From an uncultured Acidobacteriota bacterium (GTDB lineage Bacteria > Acidobacteriota > Vicinamibacteria > Vicinamibacterales > CAVVIG01): 64,000 nucleotides of DNA. The notes beneath the pieces are model-generated. The model saw only the letters and a program-made list of their open reading frames with translations. It was not told where the DNA came from and ran no database searches. The stretch lies in contig CAVOPD010000016.1 of assembly GCA_963697745.1 (NCBI GenBank), positions 24,931-88,930 on the forward strand, read 5' to 3'. This document shows positions 60,630 through 64,000 of this stretch, in pieces (position 1 is the stretch's first letter; every line of letters begins with the position of its first letter). A program made the translations under genes and the position numbers.

Positions 60630-61160
60630 TCACGGCTGCTTCTTCCATTTCGCCACGGACAGCGGCTGGCCATTGTCGCCCCTGGTCGTGATCGTCAGGA
60701 CATCGCCGTCCACTTCCCAGTAGCGTGGACGGCTGAGCGCGAGCGGGCCTGATGCAGCGGGTGGCTGTCCTTCGATGACGTAGGTCAGCTTTTTCCCCGG
60801 GATGTCGATGATCGTGCGACCGTCCGACGAGAACACACCCTGATCGGTATCGATACCGACCCTCGCGAGACCGTCGGCGGTGGGCTGGTCCACTCGCAGT
60901 TCCGCTTTCAGGTTGCCGAAATCGTCGTAGGTCAGCACGCCCGTGCCCTTGACGCTGATCGGCGCCGCGCCAGGCGGAAAGACGTCGAACGACAGGAGCG
61001 CCCAGCGTCCCTCCAGGAACTTCCGCGCCGCCTCCGTGCTGCCGGCTTCCTTGTTGATGGGCGTGGTCTTGATCGGCTTCTCGCGAGGGCCGCCCGCACA
61101 GGCAATGGCGCCGGCCGTCGCGACGAGTGCGACAAAGAGAAACGGGCGAACGGTTCTCAT
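60630..61160 (-). CDS. Lipocalin-like lipoprotein (hypothetical)
   Basis: 3' part of ORF 60630..61706; ATG at 61160. Lipobox GAIAC. Contains GRWALLSFDVF...GTGVLTYDDFGNL. Confidence 0.65.
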   Translation of the reverse strand: MRTVRPFLFVALVATAGAIACAGGPREKPIKTTPINKEAGSTEAARKFLEGRWALLSFDVFPPGAAPISVKGTGVLTYDDFGNLKAELRVDQPTADGLARVGIDTDQGVFSSDGRTIIDIPGKKLTYVIEGQPPAASGPLALSRPRYWEVDGDVLTITTRGDNGQPLSVAKWKKQP

Positions 61161-61327
61161 GGAAATCCTTTCACGGCAGCTGATCTGGGATGAACAGCCC
61201 GAGACAAAGTCTATCGCGGAAGACCGCGTCGGGGGAGAACGCCAGGCTGGAAGAAGGCGCCCGTCGAGCCGTGGCGTGCCGCGTGCTGCCCTTTGCCCGG
61301 CGAGCGATCGATGGAGGAGACGTGGGC

Positions 61328-61373
61328 GCAAACGAAAATGACCCGCGCAGCCGGGGACACCGGCGCGCGGGTC
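61328..61373 (-). terminator. Rho-independent-type terminator after the 358-aa gene
   Basis: The minus strand has GACCCGCGC...GCGCGGGTC (9-bp stem, 61340..61373) followed by ATTTTCGTTT. Confidence 0.55.
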
Positions 61374-61459
61374 TTTGCAGAACGTCAACACGATCGATTG
61401 GACCTGTGCGGGTCCGCGGCTGCAGGAAGACCTATCGAACGTACGTATCGGAACAGCGC

Positions 61460-62536
61460 TTAGTTGGTCACCGTAATCGTGACGTTGTCGCCGCCGGTCA
61501 GCGCCCCATCGTCGGCCAGCGCGCGAACGATGTAGGTCCCCGGCTCGGAGAAGCTGACCTTCACCGGAATGCGTCCGTCGGCCGGCATCGCCGGCGGCAC
61601 CCAGATGGGCGCCCATGGCGAGTTCGCACCGGCCCGCGTGTCTTCCCACGGCTTGATTTGCGATGGCTCGAAGGTGACGTCGCCGTTGCCGCGGTAGACG
61701 AACCATGACAGGTGCAGGCCAACGTTCTTGCCGACGGTGATGCGTGTCGGAGGGGCCATCGCCGCGCCGCGAATGCGCTGGGCGATAGCGGCCTGCGCGG
61801 CATCTGGCGCTGCGGCGAGTGCGCTGGAAGGCGCTGCGGGTGGTGCGCCCGCGGGTGCAGCGGTGGGCGCGCCAGAGGGTGGTGCGGCTGCGGCCGGAGC
61901 ACCAGCGGCTGCCGGTGACGCGCCACGCGAGCCGCCGCCGCCAAAGCTGCGCCGCTTCGGGATCCCGTCATCCGTGACGATGGCGGCGAGGTCGATGGTG
62001 TCGCCGACCTTGACCGTTCGCGTCTTCTCACCGTCGATCTTCACGACCGGTTCCTTGTTCGAGCGCACTTCGGGGCTGCTCGTGCCGGCACCCAGCGCGC
62101 CGGTTTCGGAGGCCTTCACGATATCGTCCACCTTGTAGTCTTCGCGCAACGATGCGAACGCCTTCTCGGTGACGCCGTTGGTCGTGAGCGTCCAGATCAT
62201 CTCGTCCTTCGCGGTGAACGAGGTGGGCACCTTGACGCGGAAGACGAAGCGGTTGCGCCGCGGGAGGAAACGTGTGGGCTGTCCGACGTCGGCAGCAATG
62301 CCCGCCGGGCCGCTGAAAGCATTGGCCGGTCCGACCGCCACATTCAGCTCTTCTTCCCAGTTGCGGTTCATGTAGCCGAACAGGAAGTACTTCGCGCCAT
62401 CAGCGGCTTCTTCCCACCCCTCGTATGCGGGTGAGACATTCTGTCCGCTGTTATAGCTGAGCGACTGTGCGCCTGCGATCGCCGGCCAGACGAGGAGTGC
62501 GAGCGCGCCGATCAGCGCGCGTACCTGGTTCTTCAT
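61460..62536 (-). CDS. Secreted hypothetical protein with Ala/Pro-rich linker and C-terminal Ig/PKD-like module
   Basis: ORF 61460..62536, intact. Signal peptide ALALLVWPAIAGAQ. Low-complexity stretch GASPAAAGAPAAAAPPSGAPTAAPAGAPPAAP. Ends GTYIVRALADDGALTGGDNVTITVTN. Confidence 0.65.
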   Translation of the reverse strand: MKNQVRALIGALALLVWPAIAGAQSLSYNSGQNVSPAYEGWEEAADGAKYFLFGYMNRNWEEELNVAVGPANAFSGPAGIAADVGQPTRFLPRRNRFVFRVKVPTSFTAKDEMIWTLTTNGVTEKAFASLREDYKVDDIVKASETGALGAGTSSPEVRSNKEPVVKIDGEKTRTVKVGDTIDLAAIVTDDGIPKRRSFGGGGSRGASPAAAGAPAAAAPPSGAPTAAPAGAPPAAPSSALAAAPDAAQAAIAQRIRGAAMAPPTRITVGKNVGLHLSWFVYRGNGDVTFEPSQIKPWEDTRAGANSPWAPIWVPPAMPADGRIPVKVSFSEPGTYIVRALADDGALTGGDNVTITVTN

Positions 62537-62632
62537 GACTCTGCGTTCCGATTTCTGGATAGGCGACGGACCCCGGTATGGAGTCCGTCGCAGTGAGAGA
62601 CGTTGGTGCCGAAGTCCGGGAAGGACGCCGCG

Positions 62633-64000
62633 CTACTGTCCCTGGTTCTGGGTCGGTCGAGGCGCAGGCTGCTTGGCGACCACACCACAGAGCGGGCAGC
62701 CCGAGGATGACGTCCTTCCCCGGGTTGGCGGCGACGCGGACGCGCATCTCGGCCTGGAACTGCTCGTCGGTCAGCGCCACGCGGTTGCCGAGGTCGATGA
62801 ACATGTTCGTGATCGAGCGGTTCCCCGACCCCGACCAGTTGCGCGGATCGGGCACGTTCTTGTTGCCGGGTGTGTTGTCGAAGTAGCCGATGATGTGCAG
62901 GATCGTGCCCTTGGGCAGCAGCGGCGCGACCTCGTCCGCATAGCTGTAGCCGCGGACCCAGTTGTGGTCGTAGCCCACGCACGACAGCGTCTGGATGTTG
63001 TAGCCCCAGATCGCCTCGAGGCACATGCGGTTGCCCGGCGCATGCAGGTGCGGCTCGAACGAGATGACCTTCGTGTTCTCCTGCAGCACCGCGTAGGCGT
63101 GAAGCTGCTGATCCTTCTCCATCGCCTTGATGTCGATGTCCACGCCGTTGCCGAGGCCGAACACCGCGCGCTTGTATTCGGGCTTGTAGCCCTTCGGCGC
63201 CAGCTTGTAGCCGAACTCGAGATGCGAGGTGACGTCCTTGCCGCTCGAATGCGTGTGCAGCGAGTCGGAGAAGATCCAGGAGCCCTTCTTGAGGAGCACC
63301 GCCGACTTCGGGTCGAAGTAGTCGGGGTTGCGACCGACTTCGTGCACCGGCCAGTTCACCACGTTATCGCTGCCGACGACCGTCTCGATGTCGCTCGGCG
63401 ACGTAGTCGGCGCCGGGCTGGGTGCGATAGATCAGGTGGTGCCACACGAACAGACCACCGACTGTGTCGCGACCGCCGTTGTGCACCGTTGCGTCGTTCA
63501 CTTCCTTGATCTCAACGGCGAGGACGTAGCGATCCTCGTCGAGCGGAATCGGCACGGGCTCGATCTCGCCCCACCAGTCGGGCGAGTTCGCCTTGACGAT
63601 GATGTTCTTCGTCTTGACGATCAGGTCGGGCGTGCCGATGCGCCAGACGTTGGCGTCCGGCGTACTGCTTCGCCGGCGGCATGTCGGCCGGGTTGCCGCG
63701 CGGCGCGCCGCTGTCGGCCCACTTCGCCACCTTCGCGACTTCGGCGGCGCTCAGGGACGGATCGTCCTTGTACTTCTGGATGCCGATGTTCTTTTCCATG
63801 TACCAGGGCGGCATCACGCCGGCATGCGGTCCGATTCCGGTGCGCTGCTTGATGGCGCGCGCCCAGGGACGAACCTCTTCGTAGGTGGTCATCGGCATCG
63901 GGCCGCCGCCGCCGGGGCGATGGCAGTTCTCGCAGCTGCGCTGCAGAATCGGCGCGATGTCCTTGGTGTAGGTGACCTCGGGCCGGCACTGCCCGACTGC
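62633..64000 (-). CDS. Haem-c domain fused to PHM/DBH-like copper-monooxygenase-type domains (5' end outside window); frame-disrupted (about 3 indels)
   Basis: Fragments are ORFs 63512..63898 (its frame stays open upstream to the window edge), 63364..63555 and 62451..63362. The tail needs a shift near 62.70 kb to give CPLCGVVAKQPAPRPTQNQGQ with a stop at 62633..62635. Motifs: DIAPILQRSCENCH; WHH; HTH; HLHAPGNRMC (a HH / HxH / M pattern). Confidence 0.6.

Noticed and set aside
60630-61706. 358-aa ORF covering the lipocalin-like gene plus 180 upstream codons. The ORF 40008..40850 is similar.
   Set aside because: The upstream extensions are Arg/Gly/Pro-rich junk that crosses a terminator hairpin or intergenic motif. 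Good lipoprotein or signal-peptide starts occur at 61160 and 40550.

Overview
High-GC bacterial chromosomal segment from a diderm. The gene content (DUF481 and DUF4136 envelope proteins, about eleven beta-barrel outer-membrane proteins (OMPs), multihaem cytochromes) suggests a soil Acidobacteriota/Gemmatimonadota-like organism, but that is inference only. I can support about 50 protein genes. I see no rRNA, tRNA, CRISPR, integrase, transposase or phage genes.

Gene order, left to right:
- AraC fragment, an OMP, an ImcH-like heptahaem cytochrome, then fba-gap.
- A long minus-strand array: sdaA <- pflA <- pflB <- pduL <- (cNMP-binding domain + ackA) <- mscS <- ppk2 <- RND efflux (OMF <- RND <- MFP) <- STAS-like protein <- sigma-54 activator.
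- VIT-like and SulP transporters plus a porin.
- pyk-glgP-DUF481 / glgX-DUF481 glycogen block.
- An uncharacterised envelope cluster.
- Alpha-amylase-family and GH63-like hydrolases.
- An OMP and a patatin-Omp85 (type Vd-like) protein.
- A 5'-truncated G1PDH-like remnant, then ThrE.
- An MtoD/MtrA/MtrB-like porin-cytochrome operon preceded by a PAS/GAF histidine kinase.
- More OMPs, tandem DUF4136 genes, a lipocalin-like lipoprotein, and a haem-c/PHM-like copper-monooxygenase gene that runs off the right edge.

Main caveat: I infer roughly 40 single-base frame disruptions, very unevenly distributed. They are dense at 5.3-14.25 kb and 40.6-43.2 kb and absent at 14.27-23.5 kb. Many genes therefore appear as 2-6 ORF fragments in the six-frame track. 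I report whole-gene spans and name the fragments.

Most interesting observations:
- A cNMP-binding domain reads in frame into acetate kinase, next to a PduL-type phosphotransacylase.
- A Tat-lipoprotein signal sits on an Fe-S L-serine dehydratase.
- A 17-nt intergenic motif (TGCCGAA-N3-GCATAG) occurs seven times, always pointing at a downstream gene start.
- A sigma-54 promoter plus a TGT-N10-ACA palindrome lies in front of a STAS-RND efflux operon.
- An extracellular-electron-transfer gene set is present.
- There is an abrupt gene-truncation breakpoint at about 48.34 kb.
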